Source: Acidimicrobiia bacterium (lineage in GTDB: Bacteria > Actinomycetota > Acidimicrobiia > Acidimicrobiales > JANYDT01). From it: DNA of 64,000 bases. The notes under the pieces are model-generated. The model was given only the letters and a program-made list of their open reading frames with translations. It was not told the DNA's origin and did not search any database. A program made the position numbers and the translations under genes. How positions within the stretch are numbered: the first letter of the stretch is position 1; every line of letters starts with the position of its first letter. Shown here piece after piece: positions 10,196 to 20,539 of this stretch. The stretch covers positions 14,568-78,567 of the forward strand of contig JAYSSR010000014.1 of NCBI GenBank assembly GCA_043720395.1, written 5' to 3'.

Positions 10196-11704
10196 TTACG
10201 CGAGGGCCTTGAGGGTGCCGCCGGTCGGGATCTCCGGCGACAGCTTGTTGTTGGTGACGACCATCTCGAACGGGTACTTGGCACCAGCAGCCTGCTTCTG
10301 CCACTGACCGCCGACGAGCGACGTCGGAGCGATGTTCTTCGGCAGACCGTTCTTGCCGTAAGAAATCGGCCCGACGATCGTGCCGAGGCTCGTCGCCGCG
10401 GCTGCGTCCGCGATGGCCTTCTTGTCGGTCGAACCGGCTCGCGACACCACGTCCATGGCAACCTCGAAAAGGGCGTGCACGAACCCGACGAACTGCGTCC
10501 ACTGCTTGCCGGTTGCGGCCGTGTAGGCGTCGGCAAGTTCCTGAGACGACGTTCCCGTGAGCGAACTTGCGAAAGGGTGCTGCGGCGTCCACCAGACCTC
10601 GGAGGCGAGACCATCGCCGAGGTCACCGAACGCCTCGACGGCGGCCGGGAACAAGACGGCCTTGGCCATCGTGACGAGCTTCGGTTTGAAGCCCTGCTGC
10701 GCTGCCTGCTGCCAGAACGTGGCGAAGTCGGGCGGGATCGGTATGCCGACCACGATCTCGACGCCAGCGTCCTTGAACTGGCCGATGATCGAGGAGAAAT
10801 CGTCGGTGAGTGTCGTGAAACGACCCGGATCGACGACCGTGTAGCCCGCTGCGGCGGCACCGGCCGGGAACCCCGTCTTCGCGTCGGCGAGCGCGTTGCC
10901 ATCGGGGTCGTTGGGGCAGAGAATGCCGACCTTCTTGTTGGTCGGGATCGTGTTCCACATCTCCACGAAGTTGCCGACCAACTGCTCGGCACCCCAGAAG
11001 AAGTGGTACGTCCAATCGAAGCCTTTGGCTGGGTCACCCTTGCGTCCGAAGAAATACGGCTGCCACGGGGCGAGAGTCGAAAGGCACGGGACACCGTTGG
11101 CCTCGCACTGATCCGCGACCGGGTTGATCATCTCGGGCGTGGCGATTGCAAGCATGAGATCGACGCCGTCGTCGGTGATGAGCTTGCCAGCTTGCTGCGC
11201 GGCCGTGTCGGAGTTCGACTGCGTGTCACGAACGGTGATCTCGACCTTCAACGACCTGTCGCCGACCATGAGGCCGTCTTTCGCGAGTTCGTTGATGCCC
11301 TTGAGGATGAAGTCGTTCGCCTCACCGAAGCCTGCAAGCGGACCGGTGAGCGGGGCGGTAAAGCCGATCTTCAACACACCGTCGACCCCGCCTCCGCCAA
11401 ACTTGGCCGCGTTGGCACCCGCGGTTGCCACAGCAGCCGCTGCGGACGTTTCGGCCACGGCGGCCTCGGTCCCGGCCGCCGCGACGGTCGTGTCTGCGAC
11501 GGCTGCGGCCGTGGTCGTGTCGGCAACTGCGGCGGTATCGGCAGTGGTTTCGACAACAGCCTCGGTGGTCGGTGCGTCGTCGGAGCTACAGGCACCAAGG
11601 ACGGCAATGCTTAACGCGCCACCCCCGAGTGCGAAAAACTTGCGTCGGCTGAGGAACCGTTTGGCTTCTTCAACGTTGAGCTGTGGTGTATCCGGTGACT
11701 GCAT
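10196..11704 (-). CDS. ABC transporter substrate-binding lipoprotein (Tat signal, Ala/Thr-rich linker)
   Basis: SRRKFF twin-Arg, LGAC lipobox, KIGFTAPLTGPLAGFG periplasmic-binding fold. Confidence 0.9.
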   Translation of the reverse strand: MQSPDTPQLNVEEAKRFLSRRKFFALGGGALSIAVLGACSSDDAPTTEAVVETTADTAAVADTTTAAAVADTTVAAAGTEAAVAETSAAAAVATAGANAAKFGGGGVDGVLKIGFTAPLTGPLAGFGEANDFILKGINELAKDGLMVGDRSLKVEITVRDTQSNSDTAAQQAGKLITDDGVDLMLAIATPEMINPVADQCEANGVPCLSTLAPWQPYFFGRKGDPAKGFDWTYHFFWGAEQLVGNFVEMWNTIPTNKKVGILCPNDPDGNALADAKTGFPAGAAAAGYTVVDPGRFTTLTDDFSSIIGQFKDAGVEIVVGIPIPPDFATFWQQAAQQGFKPKLVTMAKAVLFPAAVEAFGDLGDGLASEVWWTPQHPFASSLTGTSSQELADAYTAATGKQWTQFVGFVHALFEVAMDVVSRAGSTDKKAIADAAAATSLGTIVGPISYGKNGLPKNIAPTSLVGGQWQKQAAGAKYPFEMVVTNNKLSPEIPTGGTLKALA

Positions 11705-11793
11705 TGCTCCCCCAAAAGGTGTTGTGGTGTCTGCGGTTGGTTGGTACAGGTGTCGTTCTAGCGCGCACGGAGCGGTCGGGCGTGATCAGCAGT

Positions 11794-12996
11794 TCAGATC
11801 AGCGGCGAGTTCTGCTCAAGGCCGAGAAGGACCCGCCCATAGAGTTCCTGGTTCATCTCTAAGTTGAGCAGACCGTGCTGGTTGATGGCACGGAGGTCGG
11901 CAACCGCACGCGTGAGCGGGCTCGACGTCCGGATGCCCGACGCCCCGCTTGCCTTGAACAGGACCTCCACGCCTTCAAGGCAACGGCGGACGCCTTGAGC
12001 ACAGCTGAGCCGGATACGCGCACGGGTCGCGAGCGGGATCTGCTCACTCGCATGAGCGGCAGCGTCGATCTCGTCGGCAACCCGGTACAGGATCAGCTCG
12101 CCTTCGTGGATCAGATGGGCGGCCTCGGCCGCCATGCGGTGCGTGTTCGGATGTGCGTACTGGTCGTCACGTGTGTAGGCGACGGTCTTGCCCTTGATGA
12201 GCCCCGGGAAATCCGCAAGTGCCTGCTGAGCAATGCCGATGGCGGGCCCGCAAAGGGCCAGGGAAAGTACTGGCACGGGTGCCGCATGATGGTTCCAGCC
12301 CGATTGAGCTGCCGTGCCGGGAGCGGTCTGCATGATCACGGCAGGAAGGGACAGGAACCGATGAGCGGGCACGAACAGGTCCGTCACCTTTGAGGTGCAC
12401 GAACCGGTGCCCGAAAGCCCAACCGTGTGCCAGTCGTCGAGCAGCGTCACGTCGGCACGCGGAATGAGGAAGTCACCCTCGTCGACCACCTGATCGCCGT
12501 CGCGGATGACACCTCCGAGGAGCAGCCAATCGGCGTTCTCGCAGCCCGACGTGAACGGCCACACCCCCGTGAGCCGGTACCCGCCATCGACCGGCACGGC
12601 GTTGCCTCGCGGCCCGATCACCGCGGAGATCAGCGCGTCGGGGTTGGCACCATAGGAATCGTCCTGCGCCTGGGTCGGGAAGTGCGACATCAGCCAGCTG
12701 TGCGCGTGGACGACACCGAGGACCCAGGCTGTCGACGCGCATCCACGGGCGATCGCCGCGGCAATATCGAGGTGCTCGCGCATGCCGAGTCCGTACCCGC
12801 CGTTGCGGGTGCTCTGAATGATCTTGAGAACGCCCGCGTCGCGCAGGTCTGCGATGTTCTCCTTCGGCAGACGACGCGCTGCTGCCGTCGCTCCCGCGCG
12901 CTCTCGAAGCTTCGGGGCGAGCGCATTGGCCTGTTCGAGCAGCCGAGCCGCAAGGTCGCGATCAACGGCATTCGTCGTGTCAGCAAGCATCGTCAT
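11794..12996 (-). CDS. Two-component flavin-dependent aromatic monooxygenase, oxygenase subunit (HsaA/HpaH-like, acyl-CoA dehydrogenase fold)
   Basis: CASTAW, W.FTSGC..ADW, DDW..VGL.GTGS, V.DLFVP.HR. Confidence 0.85.
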   Translation of the reverse strand: MTMLADTTNAVDRDLAARLLEQANALAPKLRERAGATAAARRLPKENIADLRDAGVLKIIQSTRNGGYGLGMREHLDIAAAIARGCASTAWVLGVVHAHSWLMSHFPTQAQDDSYGANPDALISAVIGPRGNAVPVDGGYRLTGVWPFTSGCENADWLLLGGVIRDGDQVVDEGDFLIPRADVTLLDDWHTVGLSGTGSCTSKVTDLFVPAHRFLSLPAVIMQTAPGTAAQSGWNHHAAPVPVLSLALCGPAIGIAQQALADFPGLIKGKTVAYTRDDQYAHPNTHRMAAEAAHLIHEGELILYRVADEIDAAAHASEQIPLATRARIRLSCAQGVRRCLEGVEVLFKASGASGIRTSSPLTRAVADLRAINQHGLLNLEMNQELYGRVLLGLEQNSPLI

Positions 12997-13045
12997 GAGG
13001 ATCTCCGATCGGGCGGGGCTCCTGGCCGGAAGGGCGATCAGGAGG

Positions 13046-14296
13046 TCACGGAAGGTTTACCTCAGTCGGGCGTCGTGCAGAGAGCTCAAAAACACCGAGC
13101 AGGAAACTGGTCAGGATCGTGGTGAATCCGAGGACCATCCCGAGGAGCGCTGGAGCGGCAACACGGATCTGACGGGCGTAGTCAAGCCGTCCGAATCCTT
13201 CCGAACGCCAGCGAACGAGTGACATCGAGGCAGCGACACCACCCGCAAAGAACATCAGAAAGCCCCAAAACACGCCGCGTTCGAGACCCACCGAATGTCG
13301 AATAGCGGCGGAATACCGACCGGCTGGAAGTAGTCCGGCGTGCTCGGCGAAACTTCTCGCAATCCACCAGAACATGACCGTGAGATATCCAAGAATGGTC
13401 AGGCACGCGCAATAGACGAGCGATCCTGTATCGAGCACAACCGAACCCACCTGCACCGGGCCAATCGTCAATCGAATCGTGAACGCGAGTCCTCCGAGAA
13501 AGGCGACGAGACCGGGCACGAGAAAGAGCCACGTCGGGCAAAGGAGCAAGAGAAACCTGAGGTGTCTCCAGCCGTCACGCCACGTTCGCAGGTGGGGTTT
13601 GCGCGTCCGCCTGTCGGGGTGCAGAACAATCGGCACCTCGGTCATTGTGATCTGCGCGAGCGTCGACCGCACAACCATTTCGCTCGCGAACTCCATGCCG
13701 CCCGACGTGAGGCCGAGACGCTTCATGGTCATTCGATCAAACCCTCGAAGACCGCAGTGGAAGTCGCCGATTGGAGCATGGAAGAACAGCCGACCGATGA
13801 ACGATAAGACAGGATTGCCAAGGTAGCGGTGGAGCCACGGCATCGCGCCAGCTTCGATGCCACCTCCAAACCGATTGCCCATCACGAGCTTCGTTCCCTT
13901 TCGAAGCTCCGCCAAAAACGCATCGAGGTCCGAAAAGTCATACGAGTCGTCCGCGTCGCCCATAACGACGTACCGGCCGTGGCATGCGTCAATGCCCGCC
14001 CTCAGGGCGTTCCCATAACCCTTCTCCGCAACGTCGACAACGCGAGCACCAGCTTCTCTCGAGAGCGCCTGCGATCCGTCGGTCGAGCCGTTGTCTGCGA
14101 CCACCACTTCGCCCTTTACCCCTGAGCGTTCGATCCAGCCGCGCGCCTTCGCGATGCAGTGATCGACGCTTTCGGCTTCGTTCAGACAGGGCATCAGGAT
14201 TGATATCTCGACCTCGCGGGAGCCTGGGTCGCAAGACAGGATCACCTGCGCCGGCGAACTCTCGTCACGCGATCGATTGGACACTGGCGAAATCAT
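13046..14296 (-). CDS. Glycosyltransferase family 2 (polyprenol-phosphate sugar synthase-like) with C-terminal TM helices
   Basis: ILMPCLNEA, DNGSTDGS, MGDADDSYD, DFHCGLR, GMEFASEM; start placed at ATG 14296, downstream of the neighbour's stop. Confidence 0.88.
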   Translation of the reverse strand: MISPVSNRSRDESSPAQVILSCDPGSREVEISILMPCLNEAESVDHCIAKARGWIERSGVKGEVVVADNGSTDGSQALSREAGARVVDVAEKGYGNALRAGIDACHGRYVVMGDADDSYDFSDLDAFLAELRKGTKLVMGNRFGGGIEAGAMPWLHRYLGNPVLSFIGRLFFHAPIGDFHCGLRGFDRMTMKRLGLTSGGMEFASEMVVRSTLAQITMTEVPIVLHPDRRTRKPHLRTWRDGWRHLRFLLLLCPTWLFLVPGLVAFLGGLAFTIRLTIGPVQVGSVVLDTGSLVYCACLTILGYLTVMFWWIARSFAEHAGLLPAGRYSAAIRHSVGLERGVFWGFLMFFAGGVAASMSLVRWRSEGFGRLDYARQIRVAAPALLGMVLGFTTILTSFLLGVFELSARRPTEVNLP

Positions 14297-14312
14297 TCCG
14301 ACCGGGCGGCGA

Positions 14313-16202
14313 TCACGATGCACTGACTGGAATTGGAACGACCGTACTAGCCGGGATCGGGGCGAGTGCGCCCGCTTGTGTCGGTTGGGTCGGGGAAGGG
14401 ACCAGCGAAGCGATCGAGCTGTTGATGGACCTGAGCCTGGCAGAGTCATCGAAACGCCAAAGCACCCACCCAGTGTTCTCCCACACCATCGTGAGGCCGA
14501 AAGCAGGCGCGTCGGCCGACGCGACAAGCGTCTGGCTGTACGAGCTTCCCTTTTCCATCACGTACCAATCGGCGACATTGGACATCCGCTTGAGATCGGT
14601 GTTCTGGACAGCTCGTCGGCCCGTCAATAGATTCATCGCCCGAGCGCGGAAGCAGAGGATCACATCATTCGGACGGGTCAGTTCTCGGACCTTAAGGAAC
14701 ATCTCTTTCGCTGGAACCGTGTCCGGTCCATTTTCGATATAGGAGTAGGTACGGTGATACGTCAGGGCGTTTCGGAAGCCCGGTAGGTTCGACGCAACGA
14801 GACAGGCGACTCCCATCGCAGCGACAAAACGAGCGCTCAGGAGAATTGGACCAGCTCGACTAGCGAGTCGCACAATCGAGGGGAGACTCTGATAAGCGAA
14901 ATACGCGACCAGCGGAGTCACGGCGAAGAAGTACCGTCCCTCATGAAAGGGAACCGAGAGAATCACGTAGATCTGAGCAACGAGCGTTGCCGCAACCCAG
15001 ACGTCTTGACGGGTCGCCATCAGCGTCCGAAGCACCATGCCGACGACGACGAGCGCAAGAAAAAGCGTCATCGCTTTCGGACCAATGAACGTGTTATGAA
15101 CCCAGCGGAGTGGGTTGTCCCCCGGATCTTTCAAGCCGATGTGCTCTGCGAGATACCCACGGTAGAACGGGTAGTTGGTCCGAATGTTTAATTTTCGTGT
15201 TCCGGCTTTCGCCGCGTTTTGATAGACGTCAGCCGGAAGGATCATCTGCAGAGCAACGATCGCGGCACCGAATGATACGAACGGAAGCGTGAACCGCTTC
15301 AGTACCCCGGAACGATGCATCGCAGCGTGGGGCTCATGCCGACCGGCGATCAGTTCAACGGTCTGCAGGACTCCCAGCCCGACGAGTAATCCGAGTCCTT
15401 CCCTTCGGACGCTTATCGTCCAGGCGACTGCAATGCCGACTCCAATACCGGGCCAGAGCGGAGAACAGTACAAAGCCCCACGCCGCCGGTACCAGTCCAT
15501 CACAAGAAATGCAAGGAGGAGGGAAGCGAGGTAGCAGTACTCCGACAAAATCACTCCCGCCCAACCGACAGAGAACATGTTCGTACCAATCAGAGCAACG
15601 ATCGAGAGTGCTCCAATCCGCCCCGCGCGTCGGGCGAAGAAGACGTAGAAAAGGAACAGGGCAAGCAAGAAGAGCGCCGTCGTGAAGAGCTTCAGCTTGT
15701 AGAAATTCACCCCGAACAGCAGCACTCCGGGGGCGAGCACGATTGGAAAACCCCACGGATACGCGTAGGGCGAAAAAGCCCAGCCGCTCTCGCGAACAGC
15801 GAATTTCGTGTCGGCGACAACTTGACCCGGCCCACCTTCAATGAGCGATCGCGCTTGGTTCGTGTACAGCGCGAAGTCGTCGCCCCAGTCGTGTCCGACT
15901 TCTTGCAGCGTTCGAGCGTTCCTCGCGGTGATTGCGAGAAACGCCGCCAAGGCTGCATATCCGAACAACGATGCGATCTCGATGTCGCGACCCCGTAGGC
16001 GCAGTTTGCGGTGTGCTGCTGTGAAATCTCTCGCCCGACGGAGCAACGCTCGCTTGTTGGGCGCGCCCGTTGGCGGTCCAGCAGCGCTCGCCTGATCGTT
16101 CTCGGCGGCCACGTCATCGGGTTGCCACGCAACCAGCTCAGCGTCAACCAGCTCTGGGTCGATCTGAGGCGCGTCCACAATCGACTCTTCGGCGTCGCCC
16201 AT
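14313..16202 (-). CDS. Multi-TM GT-C-type glycosyltransferase (ArnT/PMT-like)
   Basis: WGDDFALY first-loop DD motif, YPWGFP, LSE, R.EG, RY; ~11 hydrophobic segments; adjacent GT2. Confidence 0.72.
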   Translation of the reverse strand: MGDAEESIVDAPQIDPELVDAELVAWQPDDVAAENDQASAAGPPTGAPNKRALLRRARDFTAAHRKLRLRGRDIEIASLFGYAALAAFLAITARNARTLQEVGHDWGDDFALYTNQARSLIEGGPGQVVADTKFAVRESGWAFSPYAYPWGFPIVLAPGVLLFGVNFYKLKLFTTALFLLALFLFYVFFARRAGRIGALSIVALIGTNMFSVGWAGVILSEYCYLASLLLAFLVMDWYRRRGALYCSPLWPGIGVGIAVAWTISVRREGLGLLVGLGVLQTVELIAGRHEPHAAMHRSGVLKRFTLPFVSFGAAIVALQMILPADVYQNAAKAGTRKLNIRTNYPFYRGYLAEHIGLKDPGDNPLRWVHNTFIGPKAMTLFLALVVVGMVLRTLMATRQDVWVAATLVAQIYVILSVPFHEGRYFFAVTPLVAYFAYQSLPSIVRLASRAGPILLSARFVAAMGVACLVASNLPGFRNALTYHRTYSYIENGPDTVPAKEMFLKVRELTRPNDVILCFRARAMNLLTGRRAVQNTDLKRMSNVADWYVMEKGSSYSQTLVASADAPAFGLTMVWENTGWVLWRFDDSARLRSINSSIASLVPSPTQPTQAGALAPIPASTVVPIPVSAS

Positions 16203-16442
16203 GCCGCGAATCCTCGCACAGCGGTTTCAAAAATCTTGGGACCGTGAACAGGCGCAATATTCGCGCATCCCACTTCGGCCCGCGTTCATTCTCCGCTCGC
16301 GATACGTGGTCTGTCCGCACCGCCTGGCGGAGTGGATCGAGCAACGATCAAGCGGGTCTCGTGTGTCGGTCTCCCGTGATTCGCGCGGCTGCCAAGTAGG
16401 TTGGCCCCGCCGTAGCGCACCCGAAAGCGAGACCCCTCCCCC

Positions 16443-17267
16443 ATGGCCGAATTCCTGCCTCTTGCCGACGCCGTGGCGTCGCTCGTTCACGACGGTGACA
16501 CCGTTGCGCTCGAAGGGTTCACCCATCTCATCCCGTTCGCTGCGGGGCACGAGATCATCCGCCAGCATCGCAAGGACCTCACGCTGATCCGCATGACACC
16601 GGACCTGCTCTACGACCAGATGATCGGCATGGGCTGTGCACGCAAGCTGGTGTTCTCGTGGGGCGGCAATCCAGGCGTCGGCTCGCTGCATCGCATGCGA
16701 GACGCCTACACCGACTCGTGGCCGGTAGCACTGGAGCTGGAGGAACACAGCCACTCCGCGATGGCACACGCGTACGCGGCGGGTGCATCGAACCTACCGT
16801 TCGGGATGTTCCGCGGATATCTCGGGGCGGACCTGCCGAGCGTCAATCCGAACATCCGCGCGGTGACGTGTCCGTTCACCGGCGAGGTGCTCGCCGCGGT
16901 TCCGGCGCACCGGCCCGACGTCGGGATCATCCACGCGCAGCGTGCCGACCGGAAGGGCAACGTCCTCGTTGAGGGCATTCTCGGCGTGCAGAAGGAGGCG
17001 GTGCTGGCATCGAGAAAGTCGCTCGTGACCGTCGAGGAAGTGGTCGACGATCTCGGCGCTCCGAGTCTCAACTCGTGCGTGATTCCCGCGTGGGTGATCA
17101 CCGCAGTGAGCGTGGTCCCGAACGGCGCGTGGCCTTCGTATGCACACGGCTATTCGGCACGCGACAACGCGTTCTACATCGACTGGGACCCGATCGCACG
17201 AGAACGCGACACGTTCCTCGCGTGGATGGACGCGAATGTTCTGCAAACCACAGGGGCCAATCGATGA
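16443..17267 (+). CDS. catI: CoA transferase subunit A (3-oxoadipate/glutaconate CoA-transferase type)
   Basis: DGDTVALEGFTHLIP, SWGGNPGVGSLHR, TCPFTGE. Confidence 0.85.
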   Translation: MAEFLPLADAVASLVHDGDTVALEGFTHLIPFAAGHEIIRQHRKDLTLIRMTPDLLYDQMIGMGCARKLVFSWGGNPGVGSLHRMRDAYTDSWPVALELEEHSHSAMAHAYAAGASNLPFGMFRGYLGADLPSVNPNIRAVTCPFTGEVLAAVPAHRPDVGIIHAQRADRKGNVLVEGILGVQKEAVLASRKSLVTVEEVVDDLGAPSLNSCVIPAWVITAVSVVPNGAWPSYAHGYSARDNAFYIDWDPIARERDTFLAWMDANVLQTTGANR

Positions 17268-18037
17268 GCGGGTTCAGCGCAACCGAGATGATGACGATCA
17301 CGGCGTCGCGTGCACTCACGAGCACCGACGTGTGCTTCGTCGGCATCGGCGCACCCTCCGCCGCCTGCAATCTCGCACGTCTCACCCACGCGCCCGGCAT
17401 CACGCTTATCTACGAGTCGGGCACGATCGGCACCGAACCCGACATCCTCCCGCTGTCGATCGGCGACGGGGAGCTCTCGGCAACCGCCCTCACGACCGTG
17501 TCGGTGCCGGAGATGTTCCGCTATTGGCTGCAGGGCGGACGGGTGACGGTCGGCTTCCTCGGCGGCGCGCAGATCGACCGATATGCGAACATCAACACAA
17601 CCGTGATCGGTCCCTACGCCTCGCCCGCGACGCGGCTGCCGGGTGGGGGCGGCGCACCGGAAATTGCGGTGTCGTGCCAGAAGATCTTCGTCACGATGAA
17701 ACAGTCCGCGCGGAGCTTTGTCAACGCCGTTGACTTCATCACGTCGCTCGGGTTCGGACGTACCGGCGTAGAACGTGCCGCGCTCGGCATCACCACCGCG
17801 GGGCCCATCAAGGTGATGACGGACCTGTGCGTGCTTGCGCCCGAGCCTGGGACGAACGAGTTGATCGTGACGTCGCTGCATCCTGACGTGACACGTGAGC
17901 AGGTCACAGCCGTGACCGGTTGGCCCGTGCGATTCTCGCCGGACTGCGTCGAGAACGACCGGCCGACGTCCGAGGAGTTGCGCGTGCTACGCGACCTCCA
18001 CGAGCGGACCTCTCGGGCGCACGGGAGGGCGTCATGA
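17264..18037 (+). CDS. catJ: CoA transferase subunit B
   Basis: FVGIG.PS, LIYESG (catalytic Glu), RLPGGGGAPEIA; ATGA overlap with subunit A. Confidence 0.85.
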   Translation: MSGFSATEMMTITASRALTSTDVCFVGIGAPSAACNLARLTHAPGITLIYESGTIGTEPDILPLSIGDGELSATALTTVSVPEMFRYWLQGGRVTVGFLGGAQIDRYANINTTVIGPYASPATRLPGGGGAPEIAVSCQKIFVTMKQSARSFVNAVDFITSLGFGRTGVERAALGITTAGPIKVMTDLCVLAPEPGTNELIVTSLHPDVTREQVTAVTGWPVRFSPDCVENDRPTSEELRVLRDLHERTSRAHGRAS

Positions 18038-18047
18038 TTGACGCTCT

Positions 18048-18153
18048 CCGAACAGGGGCTGGAATCCGCGCGTCTCCCTGTCAGAATATCATCAAATAAC
18101 ATGAAATAGCGGTATACCGGTCCTCGACCGCGCGGATTCCAACCCCTGATCGG
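18048..18153. repeat. 106-bp MITE/REP-like element, family C copy 2
   Basis: ccgaacaggggctggaatccgcgcg ... cgcgcggattccaacccctgatcgg; same length as 2409-2514; shares internal catgaaat and gtcctcg. Confidence 0.85.
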
Positions 18154-18173
18154 GGAAGACGGGACCAGCATGC

Positions 18174-19418
18174 TCAGCGGCGTACGATCACGAACGATTC
18201 GTCCTGGAACCAGAGTCCGCCGTGGCGTCGGACCACTTCGACCGTGGCGTCGAGATAGCCGCTGCTGGTCATTGCCTCGTTGATCCGCTCATCCTCGATC
18301 TGAGCCACGTACACGGCGGCGTTCCACGCGGCGAGAGCCGTTGAAGTCGAGATGCGGCTCGACACCTCGTTGGGCATCGCATGCAGGTGGTAGCTGAGGA
18401 GGGCCTGCGAGTCCGACGTGCCATCGAACTCGTAGCGCACGCCGTCACCGGAGAGCTGTAGTTGCAGCTCCTTGATGAGCAGATGACGCGGGGTCATAAA
18501 CGGGTCCTCGTCCGGCCAGATGCGGCGGATGATTTCCATGCCCGGATCATGGCCGGTGGACTGCACGACCACGAGGCGACCGCCGGGTGCGAGTGCACGG
18601 GCGAGGGGCGCGAGCACGGCCTTCACCTTTGCGGCGGGTGGCGTGCGTGACCGGTACGGCTGCGCGGCGAGCACGATGTCGTAGCCGTGCCCCTGGGGCG
18701 CACCCGTATTGCGGGGGATGACCTGGTCGAGCGCGAACGCGTGATCTGCGCGATAGAGCACGAGCACGGTGGGTTTTGCGTAGATCGGGTTGCCGGTCTT
18801 CGGGCTCGTGCGCGTCTGCCACCCAGCGTCGAGGACGTGGTCGAGTCCTTCGATCTGGCGGGAGAATTCGTGGGCGCTCGAACCGGTCAGGGCAACGTCG
18901 TACCAATGCAGGTCTGCCTGTGCTGCGGGGTCGTTCGGGTAGAGCGCCGGGGCCTCCGAGTAGAACATGTTCGTGAGGGCGACGACGGTCTGCGGATGCT
19001 CGGCGAGACGGTCGGCGAGGTGCGAGAGCGTCAGGCGGATGTCCTCCATCGAGATCTCCTTGCCGACCACGCAGAACGGCACCGTCGGCGACTGCTCGTG
19101 GAGGTGACGCAGCACGCGGCTGAGCACCACTCCGTTCCCGGTGCCAGCGTCGAAGACTCGGAGCGCGGGCGGGGTCGGCACGATGTGCGCTAGCTCGCGT
19201 CCGATGCGCGCCGCCACCTCGGCCTTCTCGCTGGTGGTCGTGACGAAGAGGAGGTACTTCTCACGATTGTCGAAGAAACGGAACGGTTCAGGATCGATGG
19301 CGGGGATCGTACGGACGCTCTGGTGCGTAGGCCAGCGTCGCGTTCGCCGCTCGGGAACGGGCTCGGGGTCATGACCGAAACGGACGTTGTGGCCTGGAAT
19401 CGGTCGGCGTGGCCGCAA
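18174..19418 (-). CDS. Hypothetical protein with class I SAM-methyltransferase-like motif; start uncertain
   Basis: RVFDAGTGNG glycine motif; protein-like sequence from FRFFDNREKY onward; nearest in-frame start is TTG 19418. Confidence 0.65.
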   Translation of the reverse strand: MRPRRPIPGHNVRFGHDPEPVPERRTRRWPTHQSVRTIPAIDPEPFRFFDNREKYLLFVTTTSEKAEVAARIGRELAHIVPTPPALRVFDAGTGNGVVLSRVLRHLHEQSPTVPFCVVGKEISMEDIRLTLSHLADRLAEHPQTVVALTNMFYSEAPALYPNDPAAQADLHWYDVALTGSSAHEFSRQIEGLDHVLDAGWQTRTSPKTGNPIYAKPTVLVLYRADHAFALDQVIPRNTGAPQGHGYDIVLAAQPYRSRTPPAAKVKAVLAPLARALAPGGRLVVVQSTGHDPGMEIIRRIWPDEDPFMTPRHLLIKELQLQLSGDGVRYEFDGTSDSQALLSYHLHAMPNEVSSRISTSTALAAWNAAVYVAQIEDERINEAMTSSGYLDATVEVVRRHGGLWFQDESFVIVRR

Positions 19419-19464
19419 AACGGGCCGATCTGGGGCCGCGGTGACCGATTTGCGGCCACAACGT
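19384..19464. repeat. Palindromic element (family F)
   Basis: Perfect 11-bp arms acgttgtggcc / ggccacaacgt plus inner tggccgcaaaacgg / ccgatttgcggcca. Confidence 0.65.
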
Positions 19465-19473
19465 GCGGCGGAG

Positions 19474-20376
19474 TTACCTGCGGCCGAGGATCGCGTCGGC
19501 TTCGGTCTTCGCGGCGATCGCTGCGTCGAGGTGCCCAGCGTGGGACAGACCGGGATTGGCCATCCTGTTGAAGCCGATCGCAAAGTGGGAGTAGCCCAAT
19601 TCGACCGCGTCCTCGAGGTCGGTCTGCCACCTATCGTGGATGTACGTTCGGCCCCACACGGGGATCGATGCCGGGTCGCGGCCCGCTTCCTCGGCAAGCT
19701 GGCGGAGCCGCACGACGCCTTCGCGCACCGTCTTCGGGTCGAGCCCAGGGATCACCAGCGGCATCCACCCGTCGGCGCAGCGCACGACTCGGCGCAACGC
19801 CGCATCGGTCACCGTCGTGCCCATCCAGATCGGCTTGGCGACGCCCGGCAGTGGCGTAAGACCGAGGCCACGCAGACGATGATGCGACGTTTCGAAGTCG
19901 GGAGTCGCCAGCGTCCACAGTGCCCGCAGAACGGCGACCTGCTCCTCGATGCGTGAACCAGCCGTCGAAAAGTCGGCACCCATACCTTCGTACTCGGCGC
20001 GGTTCCAGCCCGTACCCACCGCAACGTTCATGCGTCCGCCGCTCAATAGGTCGATGTTCGCGATCTGCTTCGCAACGAGCGCCGTCTGACGCTGAGGCAG
20101 CACGAGGACGCTGGTCACGAACTCAAGCCTCGACGTCACGGCCGCGAGGTGTGCGAACAACGTGAGGATCTCGTGGAACGTGTGGGCGGTCGAGTACGGT
20201 GCCGACGGGAACGTGCCGAAAGGACCGGGGCCAAGCCGCTCCGGCGTTGCGCCGAGCACGTGGTCATAGGCGAGCAGATGGTGGAAGCCAGCCGCCTCCG
20301 CATCCGTTGCCCACTTGCGGATTGCGACCGGGTCGGTGCCACTGTCGGCCTGCGAGAAGACAACGCCAAGATGCAT
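19474..20376 (-). CDS. LLM-class F420-dependent oxidoreductase (Rv2161c-like)
   Basis: YDHVLG, VLVLPQRQTALVAKQ, LSGGR, GWN..EY; leaderless TAACCT-N6-ATG. Confidence 0.88.
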   Translation of the reverse strand: MHLGVVFSQADSGTDPVAIRKWATDAEAAGFHHLLAYDHVLGATPERLGPGPFGTFPSAPYSTAHTFHEILTLFAHLAAVTSRLEFVTSVLVLPQRQTALVAKQIANIDLLSGGRMNVAVGTGWNRAEYEGMGADFSTAGSRIEEQVAVLRALWTLATPDFETSHHRLRGLGLTPLPGVAKPIWMGTTVTDAALRRVVRCADGWMPLVIPGLDPKTVREGVVRLRQLAEEAGRDPASIPVWGRTYIHDRWQTDLEDAVELGYSHFAIGFNRMANPGLSHAGHLDAAIAAKTEADAILGRR

Positions 20377-20539
20377 GTCGGCAGGTTAGGTCCGGACTCT
20401 CGCAGGGAGGAGCCGCAGAAAGTTTCGGTGCACCACCTTGGCAACGAAACTCCAGGGTCGCACGTTTTCGAACGTACAACCCCAAGCGATGCCTCGTACG
20501 CTCGTGAATGCAGTGAGCCAGAACCTCGTGAGGATGACC

